NCBI GenBank assembly: GCA_028826165.1
Contig: JAPDFW010000081.1
Coordinates: forward strand, 186,001-250,000
DNA length: 64,000 bases
Reading direction: 5' to 3'
Source of the DNA: Anaeramoeba ignava BMAN
Taxonomy: Eukaryota; Protista; Anaeramoebae
Below, piece after piece: positions 25,501 through 39,034 of the stretch. Position 1 is the stretch's first letter. The number at the start of each line of letters is the position of its first letter. The notes under the pieces were generated by a model. The model saw nothing but the letters and a program-made list of their open reading frames with translations. It was not told the DNA's origin and made no database searches. The position numbers and the translations under genes were made by a program.

Positions 25501-28500
25501 ACGGTGGGCGTGTGCGCCGATTCCCAACGCAATTGGATCCTTTCCATGTGCAAGAGACAGTGCCTGTGGAGTATGCGCAATTTAGCGAGACAGGAAGACC
25601 AACAGTGCTTCAATCTCAGTCGATCTCTCCTGTGGCCGATGATGTGCGATTGAAGTCACCGCTTGTGCAGAGCCAGAACCAGACACTAAAAACGGTGTTG
25701 AACCGCAAGATCCGCAAGTACATCCAGAACAGGCGTGGAGCGTTCCATGTGAGGATGATCTACGGAGGAGTGACTTATAGCGGCGTCGTGATTTTCAAGC
25801 CAACACACATCAAAGTGAAAACAGAAATTGGTGGAGATGTGCAGAAAGACTTTATGCAGCTGATCTACGGAGGCGACCACAAGATATTCCTTCACGTAAT
25901 CAAGATCAATCAACTCATGCTCCAATTTGCGCCTGGCCAACGGTTGATCATCAGCACCAAGAATTCTCTGTATCGCGATCTCTTCGTTAACACATACTTT
26001 GTGTTCCATCACATAAACTTCCTGCAATCCGACGCGAAGAAATTGAACAGTTTTCTCAAGAACACAACCAACTTCGTTGTCACAACATCGCCGACAAAAC
26101 TCGAGCTCGCAAAAACCAAGCAAAGCCTCTCAAAATTCAAGAGCAAGGAGTCTCTTTTCGCATTCCGCGAGCGACGCGGTGTTCCTGTGACTCACCACGA
26201 CTACAAAAACGAGACTGCACAAATCAACACAACCGTGTATCATCTTTCCGTCTACGACTCGTTCGCAGATTATCTCGGTGTCGGCGAGGTTGTGCTCCAT
26301 CCAGAATACTTCTCCTTCAGTTTCGAAGACATCCGCATTGCCCGCTTCTTCAACCCCTTCGCAAACTTCTGTTTTGAATTCGACAACCCTCTTGAAGCAC
26401 GTTTTAATCTCGACGAGTTTGAATATGTGATTGTTGGCTTCCCCTCAAAGGAGCTCCAGCTCGGTTTTCTGCTCGATTTCTTCAGCAAACGCAAGATCGC
26501 CACTCCCGTAATGCATCTTTGGCACAAGACAACAAGCACCGTCTCTGTGCCGTGTCTTGTGGAGAATGTCCACGAAACAGCGCAAGTGGGGAAGATTGTT
26601 GCCGAGAAGGATTGCTTCACGATATACGCGACACCTGAGCAAGTTAAAAAACCGTTGAAGAAAAAGAGCGAAGTTATTCAAGAAAACAATAATAACAATA
26701 ATAACAATAACGAAATCATTGAGGAGAAAAAGGAACAGAAAAAAATCATGAGCCAAGAATCAATTCTCACGCTCGAATATTCTCCGCTCACAACAACAAA
26801 GATCCACCGCAAAAACCCCAAGCTTCTGCGGATCAATCTCGGATACGATGCGTTCGTTAATATCATCTTCAAAACATCCCAAGATCTGCTCAAGTTCCAG
26901 GCGGCTTTTGAGGAGAACAAGAATCAAACACTGTCAGCCATCTCGAAACAGCATCTTCTCGGAAATCTCAACGCACGATATCCGAACGAATTTCACGCGC
27001 GCGTTGTGGAGAATAACGAACAAGTGGGTGCCCGCAGGATCCTTTTCACGCCAGGATACCTGACTGTGATCAGTGATGACGAGCATTACACACGATATCC
27101 GATCAGCTCGCGGGTGATCATCCAGAGAGAGAAGCAGCCGAACTCTGTGACAGTTGAGTTCCGCGGATTGCGAAATCATTCAAAACTCGAGTTCCATTTC
27201 CCAACAATTCTGGCTTCGCTCGAGTTCCAGAAGGCGTTGTCATATTTCGACATGAAACACGATTACACACCAATGATTTCGGAGAACATCTACCAATCAG
27301 ATCACCGATTCAACGTTGTTGTGTACGATGCGGATGGAAAGCCAATGTGCAAGGGGAATGTGAGGATCGGATCGGATCGGATTGTGGTTGTCCAGGCATT
27401 CATCCACGAGCAGGCAGCGCCCGTTATTGTGCGCGATTCAAACGTGCAGTTCTACATCAATCCGTTCGACACAAAGAAGGGGAAGATCGAGGGTTCTGAT
27501 TATCTCGGTAAGCAATTCAGTCTGATTCTCGGGTTCTCTTCTCAAACCGAGCGCAATTCTTTCGTTAAGCTTTTCCAGAAATTCAAGCATGTTGTCCGTT
27601 TGCAAGAGGAGTTCTACAAGCAAGAAACACACGAAAAAGACACTCGACTTCCTGAAGCTCTCGAAGAAGAGCCTCCTCTTGCAACGCGCTTCGCTAATTT
27701 TGCAGACAAATTCTACGCCGTCATCTTCTCAATGGATGGCATTAAAAAATCCAACGCAAGATTCCGAGTATCCGTCAACGAAATGGACATCAAGGATATC
27801 GAGACAAAGAAATTATCGAAATTCCCAATTACCTCCAAGACAGACATCTTCCTCAACAACCAGAACGAGCGCCATCTCAAAATCGAAACTGGAAAGGAAT
27901 TTCTTCTGCTCTCCTTCCGCGATGGTCTTTCCCGCGAGCACGCAATGAATCTCGTCAAGAAATCGGTGGACATACTCTCAAACAAAACACCCGCAATCGC
28001 ACCCAAAAAACGCGAATACATGGTGTTCTGCGAAGCGCTAAAAAAAGATCCCGTAAGCATTGTGTCGAAGTTCCGCACAAATATATACGACAAGGAATTA
28101 ATGCGGGAGATCCCACACAAAGTTTCCATTTTAGGCAACGTGATCCAACTCAAAAATCTCGAGGTTGGCTCGCTAAGGATCATTTTGATCAGCAAATCCT
28201 TCGACATCTTCACATCCAATCGCAACGAGAACCATCTCCGCATTGAGTTTGATCAGAACGAGATCTTCTTTGTTTTCCCCGACAAAGCAATGCGCGACGA
28301 GGCTATCAAGGCGCTGCATGCCGTTGCAGACACAACACGCCACAACCGCTATCCAGTATCATTAATCCAGAAACACGGGAAGCGCTACTCCGAGGCCGGA
28401 GCGGTTCTTCATTTCGAAGAATCCACACTCGCAATCCGCATTGAGCACGCTCACGAAAACTCTCTCCACATCCCATACGAGAACCTCCGTTTCAGACTGA

Positions 28501-29627
28501 GCTTCACATCCTATATTTTCGAGCTCTACAGCGAATCACCGCAATTCAACGCGCGCGTAGCATGCATGGACATCGAAACACGCAACCGTCTTCTGCGGAA
28601 GCTTGTTGACATGAACGAGCAATTCATGGTTCTCGGACATGATACGCCGCCCGCACAATTCCCAGTTAAAATCCAGGAGCATCCGCTCAATCTCTCTGCA
28701 AAAACAACAGCAGAAACCGTTACCGAGCTTCCCCAGATCATCATCCCCGCAATCATCTACAGCATCAAAGCCAGGGCAGATCCCGAGAGAGTCCGCACCA
28801 AACTCTCCAAATCCGCGCTCGAGATTGTGTACCAAGATAACTCCTCAGAAACCTTCGAATACACCGACCAGATGTACTGCTCGTTCCACAAAACAGACAA
28901 GCGTCTTCTTCAGCTCTGGTTCGGTTTCGACCAATCCGTTGTCCTCAAATTCCCTTTTGTTTCCTATCGCGATGAGTTTCTCCAAATCTTCCGTCTCTTC
29001 CATCCCGTTCAATCTTCCGATGTTTCGGTTCTCTCTGAAAAACCCGATCTTCCTCAAAAAGAGATCGACATCAAAGAAGCCACAACCGACGACATTCTCA
29101 TCATGGATCAGCCTCAAAAGGGCAAGCAATCCCACGGCAAGCTCGAGTACAATCGCGAGTCTATCATCTTCAAAATCAACGACGCCACAATTGCCCGTTT
29201 CCATTTCATTGACGGAATGCTTTCCATCAGCATCCAGCGCGATGGCGACTTCATCCGCGTTCAGAATGATAAAGATTCCCTTATATTCAAGTTCACAATC
29301 CCTTCAGAAGCTCAAGTCTTTGTCCGCAAATTTGCCCAATTTCGCACCCCAAGATTCAAGGTTGTTCTTCTTAAATCTCCAGACCCTCAAATCCCCCGTT
29401 TGTCTTCTGGTTCTGTCTTCGTTATAGGCACTCAACTCTGGTTCTTTTCTCACAGTTTCAAATCTTCTTTCGAGATTTCTTCTTCTTCTTATATCCACAT
29501 TTCAAAGAATGATTTCTCTTTTGCAAAACTTTATCTTAATTCCTCAAACAAACTTTGGCTCAAATTCAAGTCTGATTCCAAATGTCAAGAGTTTGTTGAG
29601 ATTTTCAAGTATTGGACCGAGAAATGA
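22575..29627 (+). CDS. ~2300-aa protein: N-terminal calponin-homology-like domain plus many tandem PH-like modules; exons 22575-22726, 22810-23647, 23717-29627 with a +1 frameshift at ~24572-24586
   Basis: In-frame GT-AG joins. IVLSWF..CDLVNKVAPKSI..N..KACQKLGV is CH-like. Recurrent beta-rich units end in a helix (e.g. FVFPDKAMRDEAIKAL, LKFPFVSYRDEFLQIF, LKFKSDSKCQEFVEIF). Confidence 0.7.
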
Positions 29628-29704
29628 TTAATTTTTTTTTTTCCTTTTTCTTTTTCAATTCTCAATTAAAAACCTTTTCCAAATTCAAAACAATTTTCCA
29701 TTTT

Positions 29705-30134
29705 CAAAATTAAAATTGAAATCAAAATTAAAATTAAAATTAAAATTAAAATTAAAATTAAAATTAAAATTAAAATTAAAATTAAAATTAAAATTAAAAT
29801 TAAAATTAAAATTAAAATTAAAATTAAAATTACAATTAAAATTAAAATTAAAATTAAAATTAAAATTAAAATTAAAATAAAATCAAAATTAAAATTGAAA
29901 AATTAAAATTAAAATTAAAATTAAAATCAAAAGAATTAAAAGAAAAGAATTGAAATCAAAATTAAAATTGAAATTAAAAGAAAAGAATTGAAATTAAAAT
30001 CAAAAGAATTAAAATCAAAAGAATTGAAAGAATTGAAATTAAAATCAAAAGAATTAAAAGAAAAGAATTGAAATCAAAATTAAAATTGAAATTAAAAGAA
30101 AAGAATTGAAAGAATTGAAAGAATTAAAAGAAAA
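29705..30134. repeat. (AAAATT)n plus GAATTGAAA-type repeats between convergent genes
   Basis: Direct repeats. Confidence 0.85.
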
Positions 30135-30135
30135 G

Positions 30136-31281
30136 CTAGCAGGTTGATAGCTGATAAGGAGAAATTCCATAAAAAGTGCATTCCCATCCATCACGAGTAC
30201 AAGAAAGTAAACTACTTAATTCATTTGGACATTTAGCCAATTCACAAGAATTTGATCTATAAGGATTACCAGCTCTGCAATTATATTGATTAAGACAATT
30301 AAGACCTTGATTGAGTTCTTGTTGACATCCAAAGCTATGAATTTCCCAGAAAGTGGATGTTACACAATCACAAATTGTTCCTGGTGGATTCTCACCAGTT
30401 GAATCATCACAGAATAAATCATTGCGGAATGGAGTGCATACATTAGCAATACAAGCCAATCCAAATGTGCAATGTGAATGAGCTAAACAGAAATCTCCTT
30501 GATTACCTGAAAATAAATTTGTGCATACTGCATCTACTAATGATGAATTTGTAACTTTGCATGCTGTAAATCCTTTGCAAATTGACATGAAATCAGATGT
30601 ATCTGCAAATGCTCCTATACAAGATTCACCTATATTATAACTTTCTTTGCATTGATTATTGAAACAAAAGCTTCCAAGTTCACATTGTAATGGTCCTGTG
30701 CATGGTTGTCCAATTTCAATACCTCCACAATAACCATTTGAACAATTATTCGAGGTACATTGAGAACCATATTGACAAGAATCGCCTGGACTTAAACTAT
30801 TTTTTATTAGTTATATATTTTTTTAAGATGAATATTTGATTTTGTTTTGATTTAATTTTGATTTAATTTTGATTTAATTTTAATTTAATTTTGATTTAAT
30901 TTAATATTAAATGTAAATATTTGATCTAAATATTTGATCTTAAAAATATTATTTTTATAGAAATTTTGAAATAATGAAAATATTTTTATTATTTATTTAT
31001 TTATTATTTTTGATTTTGATTTTGGTCTGTTGATTTAAAAATGTTTACTTGCTTGCAACACATTTGTTGTTTTCACAAAGTTTACTTGTACAATTATCTT
31101 GTGAAATACAATCTGCTCCATCATTTGGATAAGAACAAGTGCTGTCATGACAAACAAGGTTCTCATAACATCTGTGGTTCATTCCATCACAACCTTGCCC
31201 AAGTGTATGAAAATAGTATGAACAAGTTGAAAAAACAAAAGGAACCAAAGCAAAAAAAATGAAAAGAAAGTTCAATTTCAT
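30136..31281 (-). CDS. Secreted cysteine-rich protein, paralogue A; exons 31281-31049 and 30796-30136
   Basis: Signal peptide MKLNFLFIFFALVPFVFS; repeated G..C.....C...L.C....C units; phase-2 intron restores frame. Confidence 0.85.
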
Positions 31282-31981
31282 TCCCAAAACAAAAATAAAA
31301 AAAGAAATAGAAATAGAAAAAGAAAAAATAAATTGAAAAATAAAAGAAAAAAATTAAATTTCCATTTTTATTTTTAAAATTAAATTAAAATAAAAAAAAA
31401 AGCAAAAAAAATTATTTTGTTGTTTTTATTGTTTTTGTTTAATAAATTAAATTAAATAAACCAAAATAATTTTAAATTTAAAAAAAAATGGTTAAAAAAT
31501 TAAATAAACTTTATTCTATTTTATCTTTTTTTTTCTTGATCAAAAAATAAACAAAAAAAATAATAAAAATAAAAATAATAATAATAAAAACCTTTTCTAT
31601 TTTTAAGTTTTTAAGTTTTTTTCTTTTTCTCTTTCTTATTTCTTTTTAATTTAATTTTGTCACTTTTATTTATAAATAATATTTATAAATATTATTCTAA
31701 AATCTATTTAATTTTAATTTCTTTTTTGATCGAAAAAATAATAAAGAAATAATTAATTAATTCAATAATTGAAAAACAAAAAAAAAGAAAAAGAAAAATT
31801 TTTTTTTTGAGAAATTATTGATCGGAAAAAAAAAATCATTCAAAAAAAATCATTCAAAAAAAATGAATTGAAATTGAAATGAATTGAAAAGAAATGAATT
31901 GAAATTGAAATTGAAATTGAAATTGAAATGAATTGAAATTGAAAAAAGAATCAGAAATTCGAAATTAGAAGAAATTCGAAA

Positions 31982-34244
31982 TTAGAAAATGAAAAAGAGG
32001 CAAGCTAACATTAAAGCAAACGATAAAATAATTCCAGTTGCAGAATTAGATTTATTGCAATCCCAATAATAAGGAGGATAAAAGGTATCTGCGTGATTGT
32101 TGGACATAGCACATTGAATAGCTTTCAGTTTATCTAAGCAAGAATCCAAAGGACAAGCACCCATAGTGAAAACATCTTCATGAATAACACAATTAGTTTG
32201 AGCCAAACAGCTTAAACCATCTTGAATTTCAGTATTAGCGTTTGTATTGGCAACTGTTATGCAATATCCTGAAGTGCAATTACAAACTGTACCAAATGGG
32301 CATTGACTATCGGCAGTACAAGAAATAGTTGTGTCGTCATAACTTTTGCAAACACCTGTTACCCCAGGATTATCACAATATAATCCCAATTTGCACGCCA
32401 TGTTATGAGTACATCCTTGATTAACTTCTCTTGTAAACATTGTATCACAAATAAAACTTGTTGATTGTGTATTTTGCATGCACATTTTAAAATCCTTACA
32501 AAGATTCAACGCTTCAGCTGTAGATGAAATAGCAGCAAATTGAGTAGAACATGTTTCTCCAGGTGAAAGAGATTCAACACATACATAATTAGATCCAGTA
32601 TTCATGCAAAAAGATCCAGCTGCACACGCTCCATAACTACTACTTCCACAAGGTTGTCCTATTGCAGCACCAGTACATATACCATTATTACAACTCAAAG
32701 TAGTAGGGCATTGTTCATTTATTTCGCATGAATCTCCTGGAAGCAAACTATTTGATATTTATTATTTATTTAAATATTAGTATTTAGATTGATATTTATA
32801 TTTATATTTATATTTATATTTATATTGATATTGATATTGATATTGATATTGATATTGATATTGATATTTATATTTATATTTATATTTATATTTATATTTA
32901 TATTTATATTTATATTTATATTTATATTTATATTTATATTTATATTTATATTTATATTTATATTTATATTTATATTTATATTTATATTTATATTTATATT
33001 TATATTTATATTTATATTTATATTTATATTTATATTTATATTTATAATTATATTTATATTTATATTTATATTTATATTTATATTTATATTTATATTTATA
33101 TTTATATTTATAATTATATTTATATTTATATTTATATTTATATTTATATTTATGTTTATATTTTATATTTTATTTATTTTATATTTTATTTTTTATATTT
33201 ATATTTTATATTTTTATATTTATGTTTATATTTATATTTTATATTTATATATTTATATTTATATTTATATATATTTTATATTTATATTTATATTTATATT
33301 TTTTATATTTTTATTTATATTTATATTTAATTTTATATTTATATTTTATTTATATTGATATTGATATTGATATTGATATTTATATTTATATTTATATTTA
33401 TATTTTTATATTTATATTTAATTTATATTTATATTTATATTTATATTTTATATTTTATATTTATATTTATATTGATATTGATATTGAAAATATATATAAA
33501 TTTATATTTATATATTATATATTTTATATTTGATATTTATATTTATATTTATATTTATATTTTATATTTATATTTATATTTATATTTATATTTTATATTT
33601 ATATTTATATTGATATTTATATTGATATTGATATTGATATTGATATTGATATTGATATTGATATTGATATTGATATTGATATTGATATTGATATTGATAT
33701 TGATATTGATATTGATATTGATATTGATATTGATATTGATATTTATATTGATATTTATATTGATATTGATATTGATATTGATATTGATATTGATATTGAT
33801 ATTTATATTTATATTTATATTTATATTTATATTTATATTTATATTTATATTTATATTTATATTTATATTGATATTTATATTTATATTGATATTTATATTT
33901 ATATTGATATTGATATTGATATTGATATTTAGTAATTTTGAAAAGAAGAAGAAAAACAATAAAAAAAAAGTTAAAATAAAATTAAGAACAAAAAAAGTTA
34001 AAAATTACAAGGCTGGAATGCATTTATTTTGGTAACAATATCCACTTGTGCAATCAGTACCAAGTTGGCAATCTGCTCCATCGTTCTGATAACTACAAGT
34101 ATTGTTGAAACATTTTAGATTATCATAACAATAAATATTCGATGATTCATCACAAGCCTCTCCAAGATGAACATGTTGACAATCTGAAACTACAGAATAA
34201 GCTAAAGAAAAGAAGAAAACGAATAAAAGAAATAACTTTTTCAT
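31982..34244 (-). CDS. Cysteine-rich surface protein, paralogue B, probable GPI anchor; exons 34244-34008 and 32747-31982
   Basis: Signal peptide [17 protein letters not shown]; shares CY.NL.C...TCSY.NDGADC with paralogue A; C-terminus [21 protein letters not shown]. Confidence 0.85.
32788..33930. repeat. (ATATTT/ATATTG)n microsatellite filling the intron
   Basis: Direct hexamer repeats. Confidence 0.9.
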
Positions 34245-34329
34245 TTAATTTAAAAAGAAAAATAAAAAGAAACAAAATTTTTTTTCTTACTTTTTTTTTT
34301 ACTTTTACTTTTTTTGCTTTTTTTTGGAT

Positions 34330-36912
34330 TTATAAATCAATTTTAAATCAATTATAAATCAATTATAAATCAATTTTAAATCAATTTTAAATCAATTTTA
34401 AATCAATTTTAAATCAATTTTAAATCAATTTTAAATCAAATCTAAATCAATTCTAAATCAATTATAAATCAAATCTAAATCAATTTTAAATTAATTATAA
34501 ATCAATTTTAAATCAATTTTAAATCAATTTTAAATCAATTTTAAATCAATTTTAAATCAATTTTAAATCAATTATAAATCAATTCTAAATCAATTTTAAA
34601 TCAATTCTAAATTAATTTTAAATCAATTTCTAAATTAATTTTAAATCAATTATAAATCAATTATAAATCAATTTTAAATCAATTCTAAATCAATTTTAAA
34701 TCAATTTTAAATCAATTATAAATTAATTTTAAATCAATTTTAAATCAATTCTAAATCAATTCTAAATTAATTCTAAATCAATTCTAAATCAATTCCAAAT
34801 CAATTATAAATTAATTTTAAATCAATTATAAATCAATTCTAAATTAATTTTAAATCAATTATAAATCAATTATAAATCAATTTTAAATTAATTTTAAATC
34901 AATTATAAATCAATTTAAATTATAAATAAATTATAAATCAATTATAAATCAATTCTAAATCAATTTTAAATTAATTTTAAATCAATTATAAATCAATTTT
35001 TAAATCAATTCTAAATTAATTTTAAATCAATTATAAATCAATTATAAATCAATTTTAAATCAATTATAAATCAATTTTAAATTAATTTTAAATCAATTTT
35101 AAATCAATTATAAATCAATTTTAAATTAATTTTAAATCAATTATAAATCAATTATAAATCAATTATAAATTAATTTTAAATCAATTATAAATCAATTCTA
35201 AATCAATTATAAATTAATTTTAAATCAATTATAAATCAATTTTAAATCAATTCTAAATTAATTTTAAATCAATTATAAATCAATTTTAAATCAATTCTAA
35301 ATTAATTTTAAATCAATTATAAATCAATTATAAATCAATTATAAATCAATTTTAAATCAATTCTAAATCAATTATAAATTAATTCTAAATCAATTTTAAA
35401 TTAATTTTAAATCAATTATAAATCAATTTTAAATCAATTTCTAAATTAATTTTAAATCAATTCTAAATCAATTATAAATCAATTTTAAATCAATTTTAAA
35501 TCAATTTTAAATCAATTTTAAATCAATTATAAATCAATTCTAAATCAATTATAAATTAATTATAAATTAATTTTAAATCAATTATAAATCAATTCTAAAT
35601 TAATTTTAAATCAATTCTAAATTAATTTTAAATCAATTTTAAATCAATTCTAAATTAATTTTAAATCAATTTTAAATCAATTCTAAATCAATTCTAAATC
35701 AATTCTAAATCAATTTTAAATTAATTTTAAATCAATTTTAAATCAATTTTTAAATCAATTCTAAATCAATTCTAAATCAATTTTAAATCAATTTTAAATC
35801 AATTTTAAATCAATTCTAAATCAATTTTAAATCAATTTTAAATCAATTTTAAATCAATTTTAAATCAATTTTAAATCAATTTTAAATCAATTTTAAATCA
35901 ATTTTAAATCAATTTTAAATCAATTTTTAAATCAATTTAAATCAATTTTAAATCAATTTTAAATCAATTTTAAATCAATTTTTAAATCAATTTTAAATCA
36001 ATTTTAAATCAATTTTAAATTAATAATTTTAAATTGAATTTTAAAATCAATTATAAATTAATTTTAAATCAATTATAAATCAATTTAAATCAATTATAAA
36101 TCAATTTTAAATCAATTTTAAATCAATTCTAAATCAATTTTAAATCAATTTTAAATCAATTTTAAATCAATTTTAAATCAATTTTAAATCAATTTTAAAT
36201 CAATTTTAAATCAATTTTAAATCAATTTTAAATCAATTCTAAATCAATTTTAAATCAATTATAAATCAATTCTAAATCAATTCTAAATCAATTCTAAATC
36301 AATTATAAATTAATTTTAAATCAATTCTAAATTAATTTTAAATCAATTTCTAAATTAATTATAAATCAATTCTAAATTAATTTTAAATTAATTTTAAATT
36401 AAATCTAAATAAATTCTAAATCAATTCCAAATCAATTCCAAATTAATTATAAATCAATTCTAAATCAATTCTAAATTAATTTTAATTCTAAATAAATTCT
36501 AAATCAATTATAAATTAATTATAAATCAATTCTAAATCAATTCTAAATCAATTCTAAATTAATTCTAAATTAATTCTAAATTAATTATAAATCAATTATA
36601 AATCAATTCTAAATCAATTTTAAATTAATTCTAAATTAATTCTAAATTAATTATAAATCAATTATAAATCAATTCCAAATCAATTTTAAATTAATTCCAA
36701 ATCAATTCCAAATCAATTCCAAATCAATTATAAATCAATTTTAAATTAATTTTAAATCAATTTTAAATCAATTATAAATCAATTTTAAATCAATTTTAAA
36801 TCAATTTTAAATCAATTTTAAATCAATTTTAAATCAATTTTAAATCAATTATAAATCAATTTTAAATCAATTCTAAATCAATTATAAATCAATTCTAAAT
36901 CAATTATAAATA
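34330..36912. repeat. 11-bp satellite AAAT(C/T)AATT(T/A/C)T, ~230 copies
   Basis: Regular 11-nt period; copy number estimated as length/11. Confidence 0.95.
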
Positions 36913-37012
36913 AATTTTTTCATTTTTCATTTTTCATTTTTTCATTTTTTCATTTTTTCATTTTTTTCATTTTTTTCATTTTTTTGTTTGTTAATTTGTT
37001 TTGTTTTAAAAA

Positions 37013-38895
37013 ATGGATGAAGATTTAGAGCCAAAAGTTTATTCTTATTCTTCAAGGAAAAAAGTTATTTTTTTTATTCTTTTTATTGCATTTCTTTTAC
37101 TTTCTGTTGGGATTGGTGGTCTTGGTTCAGCTCCTTTTGAAATCAAAACAATGACTTATAACAACATTTCACCAAAAGTAGTTTCAATTCCTTTTAGAAT
37201 CACATTTTTTCAAACAATTTACAATTTATTTATAAATTTTTATTAAAAAAAAAAAATTTTTAGCAAAATATCCCATTTTTTGGTGAAATCACTGGTTTAA
37301 ATAGATTGCAACATAGTTTATTTCTTGGACTTCAAATGAACAACAATAACAACTTCGCTATTCAAGAAAATGCTATTTTTAATTTAAGTTTTTATGGAGG
37401 CGATGTTGAATATGAATGGTTTGTAATTACAAAATTTTCTGGGCATGAACGACAAATTGTTTGCGAAGTAAATCATTTGATTTGATTTGATTTGATTTGA
37501 TTCTCTTGAATCTTGAGAAATATATTTTTTGATTTCTTAATTTATTTTAATTTTCCTGTTTATTTTATTATTAAGGCAAATTCAAAATGTGATAAAATTT
37601 ATTTTGTGAATGAAAATTATATCAAATATTCTCGATATAGATATAACTTAACTGTATATCTTGATTCAGAGATGCATTTATTTGATCGAGCAGATGTTAC
37701 TGTACATTTTGATTTATAAAATATATTTTGATTTAATTTAATTTATAAAAATTGTTCTTTGCTTTTGATTAAAAGTTCGAATATTATAGAAAATCTTTCA
37801 TTTTATTTCGAATGGTTTTCGGATATTTTTTCGGAATCTTTTCATTAATCTTTTTTTGCATATGGGCTCGTTCTACATATGGCGCACCATTCAAAAATCT
37901 GAATTATGAACAGAAATGGATTACAGTCCTTTCTTTCTGCTTGATTTTCTTTAACAGTTGGTCTTCTTTTTAAACTTATAATTAACAAAAAAGCAAATTT
38001 AAATATCCGAATAATAACCACAATTTTTTTTCTTGAAAAAACAAACAAAAAGATCCATTTTATCCGACTCAATTTCTAATAAATGGATGGTTCCCGGATT
38101 TTTTGGAATCAGTCTTTCGAGTATCTTTTGTTATCATTTTAATGGGGATTATGGATAATGCTTTTTGACTCATTTCGGTTTGTAAGTGCAATTTTTCATT
38201 CTAATTAAAAAGTTGGTTTTTTAACTTCCTTTTCTTTTAACAAAAAGTCGCCACAAGAAAGAATATTCAAAAAATTTATGCTTCCAAAAATCATTCTGCT
38301 TTCAGTCATCTTTGTTCTTTTTGTCACAATAACCTTGATAGAAAGACTTCATTTACGAACAGATCCAGAATATCAAACAGCAGATGACTTACCGCTATAT
38401 TATGGCGCAAAAATTTTTGCTTACATTCTGTTTTCTGTTTATGCGATTTGGACGATTTATTGCTGCTATCGAGCATTCCGTGAAATTCACAAAAATCCTG
38501 TCAAAAGACTCAGTTTTCTCTACTTCTTCTTTCTCACTTTCATTACTTTTGTGATGCTTGTTATTTTTATTGCTTCGGGTTTTATCCACAAAGTCGAGAA
38601 TACTTCTTTGGTGTTTTTGTCTTGGTTCGGAATCTTCAATCTGTATACTTGGACTCTAATCATTGTTTATCGTCCTTCCAAAATCACTCGTTTCCAAAAA
38701 CTTCAAGAATCTGATCAAAATTTTACCAAAAATCCAAAATTTCTTGAACAAGATCAAAATTCTATTGAAAATCCTCAAGAAATCTCAGAAAAGGATGAAA
38801 AATTAGACAAACAAAATGACAAAGAAGATGGGCTTTTTGAATTAGATGAAATTGTTGAAAAAACAACTTCTTCAGAAAATGATAATTTGGATTGA
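37013..38895 (+). CDS. TMEM181/Wntless-like multipass membrane protein, 6 exons, apparent +1 frameshift at 38144-38147
   Basis: Exons 37013-37177, 37264-37467, 37576-37701, 37776-37956, 38053-38181, 38248-38895. Motifs EQKWI..LIFFNNPFYP..GWFP, PKIIL, DPEY, GIFNLYTWTLIIVYRPS. Confidence 0.8.
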
Positions 38896-39034
38896 AAATT
38901 CCAAAATTCTTTCTTCTTCTTTTTTCTTGTATTGTGTTGAGAATTATTAGCACAAACAAATACCAATAAAATTCAAATTGTTTTCTTTTTAATTTATTAT
39001 TAAAATTTTTTGTTTTTTGTTTTTTGTATAAAAA

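Noticed and set aside
24570-29498. Many antisense and alternate-frame ORFs in the long exon
   Set aside because: Expected by chance in higher-GC coding sequence; no recognisable motifs.
22889-29627. High-GC segment as a bacterial insert, mobile element or intein
   Set aside because: Continuous with intron-containing AT-rich exons, gradual composition change, and no transposase, terminal repeats or intein splice motifs seen.
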